From Chlorobaculum sp. (GTDB lineage: Bacteria; Bacteroidota; Chlorobiia; Chlorobiales; Chlorobiaceae): a DNA stretch of 64,000 nt. Below, one piece after another: positions 62,975-64,000 of this stretch (position 1 is its first letter; each line of letters starts with the position of its first letter). The notes beneath the pieces were generated by a model. That model worked only from the letters and a program-made list of their open reading frames with translations, was not told the DNA's origin and ran no database searches. The position numbers and the translations under genes are program-made. The stretch covers positions 6,319 through 70,318 of the forward strand of contig JAAXXD010000002.1 in assembly GCA_013334655.1 (NCBI GenBank). The letters are read 5' to 3'.

Positions 62975-64000
62975 TCAATCGTCCGCCATTCCCTCCAGCC
63001 TGTCCTCCAAGTCAGCGTAAATTTCCTGCAACTCGGCGATCATGTCCTGGTCGGCTTTCCACATGCCTCTGCCGTGTGCTTCGAGCATTCGGCCCACAAT
63101 GTTCTTGATCGCCTGCGGGTTGAGCGTAGCCAGCCTTTCGCGCATGTCGGGATCGAGCGCGTAGGTCTCGGCGGTTTTTTTGTAGACCCAGTCGTCCACG
63201 CTTTTGGTGACGGCGTCCCAGCCAAGCATGTAGGTCACGCGGTTGCTGATCTCGCCCGCGCCGCTGTGGCCGTGCTTGAGCATTCCCTCGAACCACTTCG
63301 GGTTGAGCAGCTTCGAGCGGTACTCCACGCGCAATGACTTGTCCGCATCGTCGAGTTTGATGTCCGAGGTGAAGGACTCGACGTAGTTGAGCTTGATGTC
63401 CGAGGTCTTCGTGTTTCTGCGGCGAGCGGCGAGCTGGAGCGAGCCTGACGACGAGAAGTAGTGGTCGATATCGGAAATGCCGAACTCGGTGGAGTCCACC
63501 TGGTGCACCACGCGGTCAACCGAGCCGAGCAGCTTCTGCAGAATCTCCGACTGCTTCTCGCCCTTGCGACCGCCGCCGTAGGCGCTGCTGTTGCGGCGAA
63601 TGAAGAGGTCGTCGAGGTCGTCCTCTTTCTCCCATGCCGAATCCTCGATCATATCGTCCACGTACGTTCCGTACGCCCCCGGTGCCTGCGTGAACTGGCG
63701 CGAAGTAGCCACCTCGAAATCCATCCCCTCGGCGAGCGCATCATCGACGTGTTTTTTGATGTAATTCATCTCGTGCGGCTCGTCGGCCTTGGCGGCATCC
63801 TTGACGAGGCGGTCGAGCTGATCCATCAGGATGCCAAAGGCGTCGCGGAAGATCGGGCTGAGCTGCATCAGCACATCGACGCGCGGACGTCCCAGCTTGT
63901 CGAGCGGCGTGAGGTTGTAGTGGCTGATCTTGCCGAAGGCGTCGTAGGCCGGTTCTGCGCCCATGAGCCGGATCACCACGGCCACCGCCTCGCCCTTGGT
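62975..64000 (-). CDS. bchH: magnesium chelatase H-subunit family (BchH/BchT), 5' part outside window
   Basis: LGRPRVDV, IFRD, DIDHYF, RSKLLNPKWFEGMLKHGHSG, LEAHGRGMW, LEDRLEG. Confidence 0.9.
   Translation of the reverse strand, partial: TKGEAVAVVIRLMGAEPAYDAFGKISHYNLTPLDKLGRPRVDVLMQLSPIFRDAFGILMDQLDRLVKDAAKADEPHEMNYIKKHVDDALAEGMDFEVATSRQFTQAPGAYGTYVDDMIEDSAWEKEDDLDDLFIRRNSSAYGGGRKGEKQSEILQKLLGSVDRVVHQVDSTEFGISDIDHYFSSSGSLQLAARRRNTKTSDIKLNYVESFTSDIKLDDADKSLRVEYRSKLLNPKWFEGMLKHGHSGAGEISNRVTYMLGWDAVTKSVDDWVYKKTAETYALDPDMRERLATLNPQAIKNIVGRMLEAHGRGMWKADQDMIAELQEIYADLEDRLEGMADD

Overview
64 kb from a green sulfur bacterium, most likely Chlorobaculum (chlorosome genes csmJ/csmX, crtH, a BchH-family Mg-chelatase). 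GC-rich housekeeping blocks (nadA, mreCD-mrdA, smpB, tyrS, nadB, dnaK-hsp20, crtH-ald-csmJX-mfd, three tRNA-Ser, guaB) alternate with four accessory patches. (1) 1-5.3 kb: an AT-rich integron-like cassette array with a Gabija-like OLD nuclease/UvrD pair (nuclease frameshifted at an A8/T8 run) and a membrane-anchored helicase. It is bracketed by an attC-like hairpin, an attI-like site and what appears to be a collapsed integrase remnant. (2) 19.7-30.6 kb: a defence-like island with an intact nitrilase-family / winged-HTH / ParA-REase-NACHT-pentapeptide-WD40 three-gene module, a dead DUF262-DUF1524 nuclease, and a putative caspase/gingipain-like protease fused to a 7-bladed lectin propeller. (3) Downstream of tRNA-Gln: an IS256 scar and a DUF4062-STAND-TPR protein. 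(4) 55.5-59.2 kb: toxin-antitoxin debris plus a second, orphan integron-type cassette. The best candidates for an undescribed system are the nitrilase-wHTH-NLR-like module and the integron-like defence cassettes. All calls come from reading motifs by eye; no database searches were run.
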